64,000 nucleotides of DNA from Candidatus Elulimicrobium sp. (GTDB lineage: Bacteria > Patescibacteriota > Minisyncoccia > Phycocordibacterales > UBA918). Shown here one piece after another: positions 38,019-46,870 of the stretch. The position numbers were made by a program, and so were the translations under genes. Position 1 is the first letter of the stretch. Each line of letters begins with the position of its first letter. A model generated the notes under the pieces. The model was not told where the DNA came from, made no database searches, and was given only the letters and a program-made list of their open reading frames with translations. Where the stretch lies: NCBI GenBank assembly GCA_020720815.1, contig DYNY01000004.1:1783-65782 (forward strand). The letters run 5' to 3'.

Positions 38019-38522
38019 TCATTTCCCAATTTTCTTTTGTATGTCCACCTTACTCAGATCGTCAAAATACTGCCTCGTAATTTGTTTATACAAAGAAGAA
38101 GCTCGTTTACCGTCCGGAAAAAGAACTTTCCTAAACTTTTGTTCTTCGATTAAAAAATCGACAAGCATTTTGTAGTCACCATCACCAGACACTAAAACAA
38201 TCTGATCGAATTTCTCTTGCTTATAGAGTCGCTTCATGACTGAAAAGATAATATCTGAATCGACATTCCCTTTCTTAGTTCCTAGCATCGCTGAATTATG
38301 TTCACGAAACACTAGAATGAAACCGGATGCTTGTATTTCTTCATATAGCTATTGATAGGTTTCACCATTTTGAACATACCCAAGATAGTAATAAGCTCTG
38401 TCAACTTGATATAAATCACGTAAGTAAATACGAAAACGCGACAAATCAACCTTCCAAGGATTCGCTGATTTTGTAGTACCCATGAACAAATTTTGTCCAT
38501 CAATGTACGCAATATTACTCAT
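38019..38522 (-). pseudogene. NYN/LabA-like domain protein interrupted by an in-frame TAG
   Basis: MSNIAYIDGQNLF...GYVQNGETYQ-TAG-LYEEIQASGFILVF...VSGDGDY. The two ORFs are in the same frame and the conserved NYN motifs run straight across the stop. Confidence 0.55.
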
Positions 38523-38550
38523 TGCGCTATTATAGCAGATAGCATTTTGT

Positions 38551-38592
38551 TGCTGGCTGTCTGGTACGATATTAGAACTTTTTTGACTAATG
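38551..38592. repeat. Direct repeat (copy b) flanking the NYN pseudogene
   Basis: See 37890-37930. Confidence 0.5.
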
Positions 38593-39000
38593 TATAAATT
38601 CATTGTATTGAAACAATGTTTTAGATGTACTAAAACCGTTCCTTCCAATGAAGCGGACGCCATTTCCCAAAAGAGAGTCGTAATGTCGAAAGTAAGAATC
38701 TCTTCCCTTCATGTCGAGCTTTGCATAGTGCTTGGCGATATCATTCGTCAGAAGCTTCGCTACCCTGTTCTAAAAACCGAATGTTGGACCTTTGAGTCAC
38801 ATGAGGTATTACACAAACCAACCGTCTGGTTCAAGTATCCGAATGGCAAAGTGGAAGACCTCCACTTTATTAGAAAACCCGGAGTGAACCAGCTTGAACC
38901 AATGCCCTGTTACAACACTTTGCCTCCGGAGAAAATAAGATTCCGGTGACACTCTCGACCCACCAACACCTTGCTTCGGCAAGGTGTTTGCTTTTTATAT

Positions 39001-39056
39001 CAAGGACTCGAACCAAATTTATGTTGCTAAATATAGCTGAAATTACTTTGCTGACT
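39001..39056. repeat. Direct repeat, left copy: 45-bp identical core plus imperfect flanks. Contains caaggactcgaacc, identical to the T-arm/3' region of tRNA-Gln.
   Basis: Core ggactcgaaccaaatttatgttgctaaatatagctgaaattactt is identical to 43243-43287. Confidence 0.8.
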
Positions 39057-39290
39057 GTCGTGGTCTTAAAACCTACGTGATGAGACACCGTAAGGCTTTC
39101 TTATGACCCCCTCTACTCCTTATGTGAGGCGTCTCGATCTCTAGCATCCTGTGCTTATATCGCTAAACTAGATTTTGTAGTTATAACAGAGGGCAGTATG
39201 TCACTCTAATGTCTTTACTTGGTCGTGAGGAAAAAGACGATTCCAATGCCAACTACTATAGCAACGCGCTAATAATTAACTTCGTACAAG

Positions 39291-40883
39291 CTATTCGGTT
39301 ACAGTGAACTCAAACATCATGCCCGCTTCAAGGTGTTCAGCGATATGACAATGCGCCATCCATTCCCCTGGATTGGTAGTATCAAGGAGAATATCAACGT
39401 ACTGTCCCGCTGGCACCATCACCGTATCTTTCCAAACTAAATTGTCGTTCATCGAGCCGTTTTCATTTACCACAAGGAATCGTTGACCGTGGAAGTGAAT
39501 TGGGTGTTGCATTGGATGGGCAGATTTTTCGTCATTCGTAATACGCACTTTTACTTTATCTCCTGCCTTGAAGTTCCACGCAATATCCGTATTTACTTTT
39601 CCAGTTTCGGTATCAACAATTTTCCACTTCGTCATGTCTTTAGTCGCCATCTGGTTCATCATGGCCATATCAGTGTCTTCCCATTCAATACCGTCAGGAC
39701 TAGGTGACCCCATCATCATACCTCCCATCATTGAACCATCCGGCATCATGTGCCCGCCCATGCCAGAAGACATACTACCCATCATGTCGATAGTGAGTCT
39801 AAGCTCTTTGTCGACTGGCTTATTGAGGTACTCACTATACGAGTCAAAACTTGCCTTCGCTATATCATTCGTCCGAAGTGTGCCGAAGATGTCACCATGA
39901 TATGGGGAAACAATATCGTTTGAGACAACAACGTTACCGAGGGCATAGGTTTTGTCGGGAGTCTTATGTTCGATAGCATATATGCCTTCATCAGCAAAAA
40001 GTACCTCTACCACCACTCGTTCAGATGGACCGAGGATAACCGAATCTTTCCACTCCTCACGTTCAGTTGCTCCAGCATCCCCACCGACTAACTTGAGCTT
40101 CGTACCTTTGATGCCAAAGTTAAACGGTCGCGCATTCGCCGCATTCGTGAGATAGAAACGAATGACTTCGCCCTTGGTGGCGTTGAGCTGGTAGTTTGTC
40201 TCGCCATTGACGAGCATAACGTTACCATAGCGACCCATGAGGGTGTGATCTGCCTCCTCTTTGCTCAAGTTGATCTTTCCATTCTCGATAAGGACATCGT
40301 CGAGAATAAGCGGCACTTCACGATTCACCTCGTTCCAGTATTTTTCGTCAGTAGCAACAACGAGGTAGTTACCGTACATGCCAAGTTCTTGTTGATAGTC
40401 CTCACGAACGTGCGGATGGTACCAATACATACCAGCATCAGGGAATTTCAATTTGTATGAGAATGTCTCTCCTGGCTTCATTTCCTCCTGTGTGGACTGT
40501 GAACCATCAAACTCATTGTCCATACGCACACCATGCGAATGCAGGAGTGTGTTCATATCAGTGCCATTTTTGAAGTTGATGGTCACCTCTGCACCCTGTG
40601 GCACTTTAATTAAAGGTCCCGGTATCGAACCGTTATATGCGAGCATCTTGTACTTCACGCCGTTAATATCTTTTTCAACGTAACTAGCAGTGAGATCGTA
40701 CGAGTCACCGTTTGTAAGGACGATAACTTCAGAAGTTTTTGCTGGTTCAATTTTGGTTGATGCAGTAGTAGTGTCTTGCGCACTTTCATTACGATAAAGC
40801 ACAATCCCAGCAATGACGATGATGATACCGAGTGCAACTGCAAGAGTTGTTTTATTCATAGTGTAATTCAATTTTATCTCCAT
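39291..40883 (-). CDS. Multicopper oxidase (CopA/CueO/laccase-like) with a Met-rich segment
   Basis: HSHGV, WYHPH, HPIHFHGQRF and HCHIAEHLEAGMM copper-ligand motifs. The Met-rich region MMGSMSSGMGGHMMPDGSMMGGMMMG is also present. N-terminal TM/signal. Confidence 0.85.
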   Translation of the reverse strand: MEIKLNYTMNKTTLAVALGIIIVIAGIVLYRNESAQDTTTASTKIEPAKTSEVIVLTNGDSYDLTASYVEKDINGVKYKMLAYNGSIPGPLIKVPQGAEVTINFKNGTDMNTLLHSHGVRMDNEFDGSQSTQEEMKPGETFSYKLKFPDAGMYWYHPHVREDYQQELGMYGNYLVVATDEKYWNEVNREVPLILDDVLIENGKINLSKEEADHTLMGRYGNVMLVNGETNYQLNATKGEVIRFYLTNAANARPFNFGIKGTKLKLVGGDAGATEREEWKDSVILGPSERVVVEVLFADEGIYAIEHKTPDKTYALGNVVVSNDIVSPYHGDIFGTLRTNDIAKASFDSYSEYLNKPVDKELRLTIDMMGSMSSGMGGHMMPDGSMMGGMMMGSPSPDGIEWEDTDMAMMNQMATKDMTKWKIVDTETGKVNTDIAWNFKAGDKVKVRITNDEKSAHPMQHPIHFHGQRFLVVNENGSMNDNLVWKDTVMVPAGQYVDILLDTTNPGEWMAHCHIAEHLEAGMMFEFTVTE

Positions 40884-41292
40884 CTTTCATTTGATAATTC
40901 TCAAGCTCGTTGTTCGGTTCTCCGTTGACCGTCATAGTCACACTCTGTCCGAACTCTCGGAAATCTTTTCCCCACACGGTGAAGAATTTACCAAGACGTG
41001 TGTCATCTTTAGTGACCCTCGCCGGATACTCGAGGTGAACAATCGGTACGTCATCGTGTGTATGCATCGGCTGGTGTACCGCACCTGAGAGGCCGATATT
41101 TTGAGGGATAGTAACTTTTTCACCCTTCACATATATCTCGAGTTGCGGGTGTGTGTGCATACCCTTCAGTGAGAGTACCTCTCCGTCAGCCGATGTGGGG
41201 GATGCTGATTGATTTGCTTTTCCCCACCAGATCATACTGATGGCAAAAACCACTGTCACCGCAATGACGATGGTCATTGTATGCTTTTTCAT
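40852..41292 (-). CDS. Small secreted His-rich protein (putative metal-binding)
   Basis: Signal/TM segment, HTHPQ and HQPMHTHDD motifs. Overlaps the MCO gene by 32 nt. Confidence 0.35.
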   Translation of the reverse strand: MKKHTMTIVIAVTVVFAISMIWWGKANQSASPTSADGEVLSLKGMHTHPQLEIYVKGEKVTIPQNIGLSGAVHQPMHTHDDVPIVHLEYPARVTKDDTRLGKFFTVWGKDFREFGQSVTMTVNGEPNNELENYQMKDGDKIELHYE

Positions 41293-41816
41293 ATATCACA
41301 AGTTATGGGCTGAATAATGCGTCGTAATAGAAAGTATGTTGCGTACAAAAGTGCCAGAACTCCCACAATGCCAAGTTCCTGTCCTTGAAACGGCAATATG
41401 CTCAAGATCCCAATACCACCAACCGTTGATAGAAGTGCGGTAAGTACAAGTGAACCACAGGCGGCACAGCCGACCCCGAACATTCCCAAGAACACGCCAA
41501 TACCGCTTATAGCAATCCCGCCCCCGCTCAACATCGCTTTTTGTCTCCGATAGAGATAAACGATGAGAGCCACATTCACACCAATCAAAAAAGACGTGGC
41601 TGTTGTCGTTATGGCAGAGAGTGCCGTGAAGTTGGTAGTGATTGAGGTAAGGAGAGTTAGTGGCAAAGTAAATTTATCTCCGAGTGAAGCAGTGTCGCTA
41701 AGCCAAACTAATCGGATGAGTGTAAGGTTGGGAAGCAAAACTGCAAACGCGAATATGACAAATACGACGACAAGTGCGAGGAGAATGTATGGGTACTTTT
41801 GTAGAATAACAGACAT
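41289..41816 (-). CDS. Polytopic membrane protein with an intramembrane CxxC (candidate redox partner or metal-handling protein)
   Basis: About 5 TM helices with GVGCAACGS inside a TM helix. Start overlaps the upstream gene by 4 nt. Confidence 0.35.
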   Translation of the reverse strand: MSVILQKYPYILLALVVVFVIFAFAVLLPNLTLIRLVWLSDTASLGDKFTLPLTLLTSITTNFTALSAITTTATSFLIGVNVALIVYLYRRQKAMLSGGGIAISGIGVFLGMFGVGCAACGSLVLTALLSTVGGIGILSILPFQGQELGIVGVLALLYATYFLLRRIIQPITCDI

Positions 41817-41819
41817 GGT

Positions 41820-42584
41820 TTACGAATCTTTTAACGCTGTTTCTATAAGTTGCTTCACTGCTTCATATGGCTGTGCGCCATTTATAGGGAACTTGGTTCC
41901 ATCGGGTGCGACAAAGATACTCCATGGCGTTCCTCGTCCTCCGGTAGCCACTGCGTTAGCGAGATCATCTGCCACATGTTCTGCATACGTACCACTGCTT
42001 AGACATTCGTTGAATGTTTTGACATTGATGCCAACGAATTCGGCAATTTTTGGTAATTCAGCAAGATCAAGTCGGTCATTAGAGGGTGTGATCTCGTAGA
42101 GTCGGTCTGCATATTTCCAAAATGCATCGTTGCCACCTTGTGCACCAGCACACTCAAGCGCTTCTGCTTCTTTCCGAGCTTTAGAATGCAGTTGGTCGAG
42201 TGGAAAGTGGCGGTACACCCATGCAACTTTCCCGGTATCTCCATACTCATCCATTACTTGCTTCATAGTTTCATGGAGACGTTTGCAGAATGGGCATTCG
42301 GTATCAGAGTACTCGACGACCTTTATTGGAGCGTCAGAATTTCCTCGGACATGGTCATCGCCAGACACTACTTTTATATTTGCGAGTGCTTTGTTTGAAT
42401 CTTCAGCAATCTGTGCGGTCGGCACTACTGCAGTTGGTGCACTGGGAATGGTGTTGTTTTTAAGACCAAACAAAACTGCTCCGGCAATAAGTGTTCCAGC
42501 GATGACTATTGCTATAGGTATAGAGAATGCCTGGACGGTCGATTTTTGAACCGATTGAATAGGTTCACTATGTTCTTTATTCAT
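41820..42584 (-). CDS. DsbA-family thioredoxin-fold oxidoreductase, membrane-anchored
   Basis: CPFC active site (DTECPFCKRLHE), N-terminal TM, 254 aa. Confidence 0.75.
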   Translation of the reverse strand: MNKEHSEPIQSVQKSTVQAFSIPIAIVIAGTLIAGAVLFGLKNNTIPSAPTAVVPTAQIAEDSNKALANIKVVSGDDHVRGNSDAPIKVVEYSDTECPFCKRLHETMKQVMDEYGDTGKVAWVYRHFPLDQLHSKARKEAEALECAGAQGGNDAFWKYADRLYEITPSNDRLDLAELPKIAEFVGINVKTFNECLSSGTYAEHVADDLANAVATGGRGTPWSIFVAPDGTKFPINGAQPYEAVKQLIETALKDS

Positions 42585-42656
42585 GTATTTAGAGGGTTAG
42601 ACAAATAACGTCGATACAGCAAAAATTGGTGTTACAACAACACCCTAGTGGCGACG

Positions 42657-43097
42657 TTAGTATGTCTTAGAATGGAGAATGCCTCGAGCGAATGCTAATC
42701 GAAGCGGATTGTATATGCTGACGTTTGGATGTTCTCGTGCATATTGTTTATAGCGGAGTGCAAAAACGTTTAAGTTGAGCTTTGGTATAGCAAAGAAATC
42801 TGAGAAGACAAAAGCCACAGCTACCCCAATAAAGAGAAGTGCGAGAAAGTCTTGGAAGCTTTGTGGAATACCGACGAGCGTACTTTTCCAAAGTTCCATG
42901 TGATCGTTTACTCCAACATCGCAACATGAGTTTAAGATTGCTGAAGAAGCTTTATGGCTCGAATGAGTACCCATATCCGCATGAGCTGGTGTTGCGTGAA
43001 TAAAGCTGATACAAAGGAAACCAACAATAAGCGAAGACAAGATTGTCCCACTCACAATAGTTAGTATCTGAGATGTAAATACTGACAGGAACTTCAT
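42657..43097 (-). CDS. Hypothetical membrane protein
   Basis: 146 aa with 2-3 TM helices and a CC pair (NSCCDVG). Confidence 0.3.
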   Translation of the reverse strand: MKFLSVFTSQILTIVSGTILSSLIVGFLCISFIHATPAHADMGTHSSHKASSAILNSCCDVGVNDHMELWKSTLVGIPQSFQDFLALLFIGVAVAFVFSDFFAIPKLNLNVFALRYKQYAREHPNVSIYNPLRLAFARGILHSKTY

Positions 43098-43159
43098 AGG
43101 TTGATTAATTTTAACAGAAAAAACTCGCAGTGTGTAGTCTCTTCATACAAACAAAAATC

Positions 43160-43190
43160 ACCCTTTCGGGTGATTTTCGTTCTGGATACT
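43160..43190. terminator. Hairpin aaaatcaccc-tttc-gggtgatttt with flanking T-tracts
   Basis: Perfect 10-bp stem with a T-run on both sides. It could terminate in either direction. Confidence 0.5.
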
Positions 43191-43239
43191 GCTCTCAGCA
43201 GGTATGCAATAGCGGAATAGATCCTATGTGATTTTAGAC

Positions 43240-43295
43240 CTAGGACTCGAACCAAATTTATGTTGCTAAATATAGCTGAAATTACTTGGCTGGCC
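43240..43295. repeat. Direct repeat, right copy
   Basis: See 39001-39056. Confidence 0.8.
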
Positions 43296-43385
43296 GACTC
43301 GGGCTAGAACCGCACAATGCCAAACCATGCTTGACGATTTTAGTATATTTTCAAATTCAATTTCGACGCGTCTCGTGCACTAAAA

Positions 43386-43865
43386 TTATGTAATGATTAT
43401 ATGCCCTGGATTATTGGGGTCTACGTCAATATTTATGTCACGATCAAGATTATTTATTTCAATTGTGTGACTAATATTTAAAGTTAAATATCCTTGAAAA
43501 ATGACTCGGTTGGGTATTTGTATATCTATATGAAACTTCCTTGGGTCTCTACTAACTACTGATGTATGGTGACCGACATATCCATCCTTTTTTAACTTAA
43601 ATTCAATAACTGTTTTGTCATCTTCATACATATCTATATCTACGACTTCAGGATTCTGATCCCATCGACAGACAAACTCTAAGTTCTCACTAGGAGAGGT
43701 TAGAGTAAGTACCGGCAGAAGACCATTCGGTTTTCTGTCACTCTCAGGAAAAGCATTAATTTCAAAAAGGTCGTCACGGTACTCCACTTCAAGATTAATA
43801 TCAAAAATCTTATCCGTAAAAATTCTATCTTTTCTGTTATTAAAAGTTAAATACATCATAAACAC
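43386..43865 (-). CDS. Hypothetical protein
   Basis: 159 aa, AT-rich (native-like composition). Confidence 0.35.
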   Translation of the reverse strand: MFMMYLTFNNRKDRIFTDKIFDINLEVEYRDDLFEINAFPESDRKPNGLLPVLTLTSPSENLEFVCRWDQNPEVVDIDMYEDDKTVIEFKLKKDGYVGHHTSVVSRDPRKFHIDIQIPNRVIFQGYLTLNISHTIEINNLDRDINIDVDPNNPGHIIIT

Positions 43866-43882
43866 CTAATGCGAGTAAATTA

Positions 43883-44293
43883 CTATTCTGACTTCTTAAC
43901 AGGGTCAGCACCGTCTCCACCCTTACCGTAGTCCCACAAATAAGTCCCGTCAGGGAGTCGAGTATTTGGAACACCTAAAATTTCAAGAGGACTCCTTCCT
44001 CCCCGTCCTCCTCTATCAGCCTGCCCCGCTTCACCACCTTCTCCTCCCATCGCAAAAGCATTATCACCAACAACCTCAGCACTACCGCCATCTCCTCCTT
44101 TACCTCCAGGACCAGCCCCGCCGCCAATCCCGCCGACAGCAACTGAATTATTACCGTTCACTTTTGCATCACCACCCTTACCTCCATTATGAGTAGGTTT
44201 AATAGTCTTACCTATGCCAAATACATGATAAAGGATTAGACCACCACCTATTGTTATCACTAATCCGAGTAAAATTTCTACTAGATATTCCAT
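43883..44293 (-). CDS. Gly-rich low-complexity membrane-anchored protein
   Basis: N-terminal TM segment, then GGKGGDGG / GGEGGEAG repeats. Confidence 0.35.
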   Translation of the reverse strand: MEYLVEILLGLVITIGGGLILYHVFGIGKTIKPTHNGGKGGDAKVNGNNSVAVGGIGGGAGPGGKGGDGGSAEVVGDNAFAMGGEGGEAGQADRGGRGGRSPLEILGVPNTRLPDGTYLWDYGKGGDGADPVKKSE

Positions 44294-44385
44294 AAGTTTA
44301 TTATATCTCTTTCTGTACTTTTGCTAAGTCTATGCGAAATTAGATAAGCATTACATTAACGCTCTTCGTGCTACGTACGAGTTTG

Positions 44386-44456
44386 CTGGGGTACAAGGAC
44401 TCGAACCTCGATAGGCGGTACCAGAAACCGCAGTCCTACCATTAGACGATACCCCA
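44386..44456 (-). tRNA. tRNA-Gln (anticodon CUG)
   Basis: Reverse complement reads TGGGGTA-TC-GTCT-AATGGTA-GGAC-T-GCGGT-TTCTGGT-ACCGC-CTAT-CGAGG-TTCGAGT-CCTTG-TACCCCA-G. All stems pair. Confidence 0.85.
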
Positions 44457-44562
44457 AATGTTTAAATTGTTCTTTGTTTCTTCTTGCTACAACCTTATGT
44501 AATAAGGCGAAGCGTCCCATATAGTGCCATAGCCACAGAAAGATTCAAGCCAGTGGCTCTAA

Positions 44563-45171
44563 TTAGCGCTCGATAATGCTCCAACCACACTGACTAGTAT
44601 TTATATTTGGTTCATAATGTAGATGGACAATTCCAGTATTACGCAAAGAGAAAATATTAAGAAAACTCTTTACCGCTCCCCAAACACTTAATCTTCCCTT
44701 CACACAAATATGAGCTAAGAAAATGTTTACAAATACAGCGTGAGAAACCACCACCACCCGAGCGTCAGCTGGTAAAGATTCTAAGTGGGCCTGAGCGCCT
44801 TTAATACGCCTTACAAAAGCTTCATATGATTCACCCGAGTCTACTGGCAGACCAAAAAACCAACGTATCACATACCAAGTGGTAGTCAGACCAATGTAGT
44901 GTCGCCCCACCAGCCAAAGTGGTCTATCCAATTCCTCAAAGGCCGGATGAGTATCGGGAATAATGTTACAAACCTGAGCTACTATCCGCGTGGTTTCAAT
45001 CGCCCGCAGATGTGTACTACTAATAAAATGGGTCGGGACCAAAGTGGCAATTTTGGGTGCTACTTCTCTAGCTTGCCTTTCACCCATCTCATTTAGAGGA
45101 GTATTGCTATGTTGATGCCGCCGAGCAATATTGCCATTGGTCTGGCCGTGTCGAAGAAAAAATACCTCCAT
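44563..45171 (-). CDS. Histidine phosphatase family protein (phosphoglycerate-mutase-like)
   Basis: FFLRHGQTNGN RHG motif. 202 aa. Confidence 0.7.
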   Translation of the reverse strand: MEVFFLRHGQTNGNIARRHQHSNTPLNEMGERQAREVAPKIATLVPTHFISSTHLRAIETTRIVAQVCNIIPDTHPAFEELDRPLWLVGRHYIGLTTTWYVIRWFFGLPVDSGESYEAFVRRIKGAQAHLESLPADARVVVVSHAVFVNIFLAHICVKGRLSVWGAVKSFLNIFSLRNTGIVHLHYEPNINTSQCGWSIIER

Positions 45172-45173
45172 AA

Positions 45174-45821
45174 TTATTCAGCAAAATGTGCATGGTCATT
45201 AAAGGTTAAAAGCGACCATACCTTAGTATCTTCTTCGTAGGTCAACACAGTAATGCCCGTGTTGATTGTCTGCATATAGCGTCCAGCATAAAATATTTCC
45301 GACGGAGAACGATTTGGTTCGTGTTGGCTTAAAACCAGCCCGACCAAAGTGCGCATAATAGTACCATGAGTCACTACTAAAATAGTCTCGCCATCTGCTT
45401 CAGTTAATGCTTCTAAAGCCTTCCTGGCACGAGCTATTAATTCAGTAAAAGTTTCTTCATCCTCATAACGAAAATTATCCTTATCGACTGCTGAATCTCT
45501 TTTTTGCATATATTCATATACAGCATTGCCTGGAATTTTTTCTTGTCTAACTCCAACTGTACAAGATGGGTTTTGGACTTCAATAAATAAATCAGATGGT
45601 AAAAAATTTAGCCCTAACCGTTTACTAATTACTTCGGCTGTCTGCTGGGCCCTTGTAAACGAACTGCAAAAAGCTAATCCGAAAGTGTTCTTTTTCAATC
45701 TTTCAGCTAACTTTTCTGCCTGAATGAAGCCTCGAGGAGACAATCCATCTGTTGAATCTTGCCAAATTTTACTTATATTAGCGATAGTTTCTCCATGTCT
45801 AACTAAAAATATTTTTTTCAT
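45174..45821 (-). CDS. Histidine phosphatase family protein (phosphoglycerate-mutase-like)
   Basis: FLVRHGETIAN RHG motif. 215 aa. Sits in tandem with the previous gene. Confidence 0.7.
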   Translation of the reverse strand: MKKIFLVRHGETIANISKIWQDSTDGLSPRGFIQAEKLAERLKKNTFGLAFCSSFTRAQQTAEVISKRLGLNFLPSDLFIEVQNPSCTVGVRQEKIPGNAVYEYMQKRDSAVDKDNFRYEDEETFTELIARARKALEALTEADGETILVVTHGTIMRTLVGLVLSQHEPNRSPSEIFYAGRYMQTINTGITVLTYEEDTKVWSLLTFNDHAHFAE

Positions 45822-46852
45822 ACAGCAGTCAATTCAATCACGGCGATTTCAAGTGGTAATTGCGAGAGTGGTGAGTGATTGACTGCTTCAGTGGCCGAGA
45901 GTAGGCGCAAGAGTAATTGAGAGTTAATCGAAGAAGTCTTTTCTCCAGCGAGTGATTTAATTAAAATTTGCGCTCCTTCACCAAAGGCGGCCAGGATTTC
46001 TTCGGATTGGCTTGGCTGGTGACGAAGTAACATCACCGCTCTAATATGCTCCAGTAGTAGTCTAGCAAAAAGTTTCATTTCGACATGAGCCGAAACAGCC
46101 TCTTTAATAGCTATGAGTCCGGCTTCAGTATTTTTTTCTTGAAGCGCTTTTAATAAGTTGATAATAATTTCACTTTTTGGCGCACCGATAATCTCCGCTA
46201 CTTCGTCTGCTTTGCCAATAATATCTCCTGAAGCCAGCATTACTTTCTGGGTCACTCCCAAGGCATCACGGAAAGATCCATCGGCGGCAATAGCGATTAG
46301 ATCAGCTGCGGCTGGTGAAATTGTAAAACCTTCTTGCTTGGCGATGTCAGTTACTGTTTCTGCCAATACAGCTCGTGATGGACTACGAAAACGGAAAACC
46401 TGGCACCGTGATAAAATAGTATCTAAAAGCTTTTCTTCTTCAGTCGTAGCCAAGATAAATACCACATGAGCTGGTGGCTCCTCCAATGTTTTTAGAAGAG
46501 CGTTAAAGGCTTCTTTAGTAAGCATGTGCACCTCATCAACAATATAAACTTTATATTTTGATTCGTAAGGTACGGTATGGACAGCTTCTTTTAGTTCGCG
46601 AATATCATCAATCCCTCGGTTACTAGCCGCGTCGATTTCATAGAGGTCTACGCTACTAGTACCAATTTCTTTAGCAAAAATACGCGCTAGGGTCGTCTTT
46701 CCTGTACCGCGTGACCCAGAAAAAAGTAGGGCGTGCGGAATCGCACCTTTTTTAATAGCTCCTTTGAGAACTTTAATAATATGTTCCTGGTCTCTCACTT
46801 CCGCAAAAGTTTGCGGTCGATATTTTCGATATAATGCTCCGTGTTCACTCAT
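45818..46852 (-). CDS. dnaX: DNA polymerase III gamma/tau subunit (short form, domains I-III)
   Basis: YRKYRPQTFAEV N-terminus, Walker A GSRGTGKTT, SRC motif (ILSRCQVF). Confidence 0.9.
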   Translation of the reverse strand: MSEHGALYRKYRPQTFAEVRDQEHIIKVLKGAIKKGAIPHALLFSGSRGTGKTTLARIFAKEIGTSSVDLYEIDAASNRGIDDIRELKEAVHTVPYESKYKVYIVDEVHMLTKEAFNALLKTLEEPPAHVVFILATTEEEKLLDTILSRCQVFRFRSPSRAVLAETVTDIAKQEGFTISPAAADLIAIAADGSFRDALGVTQKVMLASGDIIGKADEVAEIIGAPKSEIIINLLKALQEKNTEAGLIAIKEAVSAHVEMKLFARLLLEHIRAVMLLRHQPSQSEEILAAFGEGAQILIKSLAGEKTSSINSQLLLRLLSATEAVNHSPLSQLPLEIAVIELTAV

Positions 46853-46870
46853 AGGCGTTAGTATAGCAAA

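Larger units (their letters stand above)
39001..43295. mobile_element. Genomic island of about 4.2 kb (copper and disulfide handling) bounded by direct repeats. No integrase is present, so it is likely an immobilised remnant.
   Basis: Flanking 45-55-bp direct repeats. The interior is about 47-50% GC against about 35-40% for the surroundings. Cargo is a multicopper oxidase, DsbA-like and CxxC membrane proteins. Confidence 0.5.

Noticed and set aside
38590-38949. 119-aa plus-strand ORF between the NYN pseudogene and the island's left repeat
   Set aside because: No recognisable motif. It lies in a repeat-rich, decayed region and starts inside the upstream part of the NYN gene. Coding status cannot be supported.
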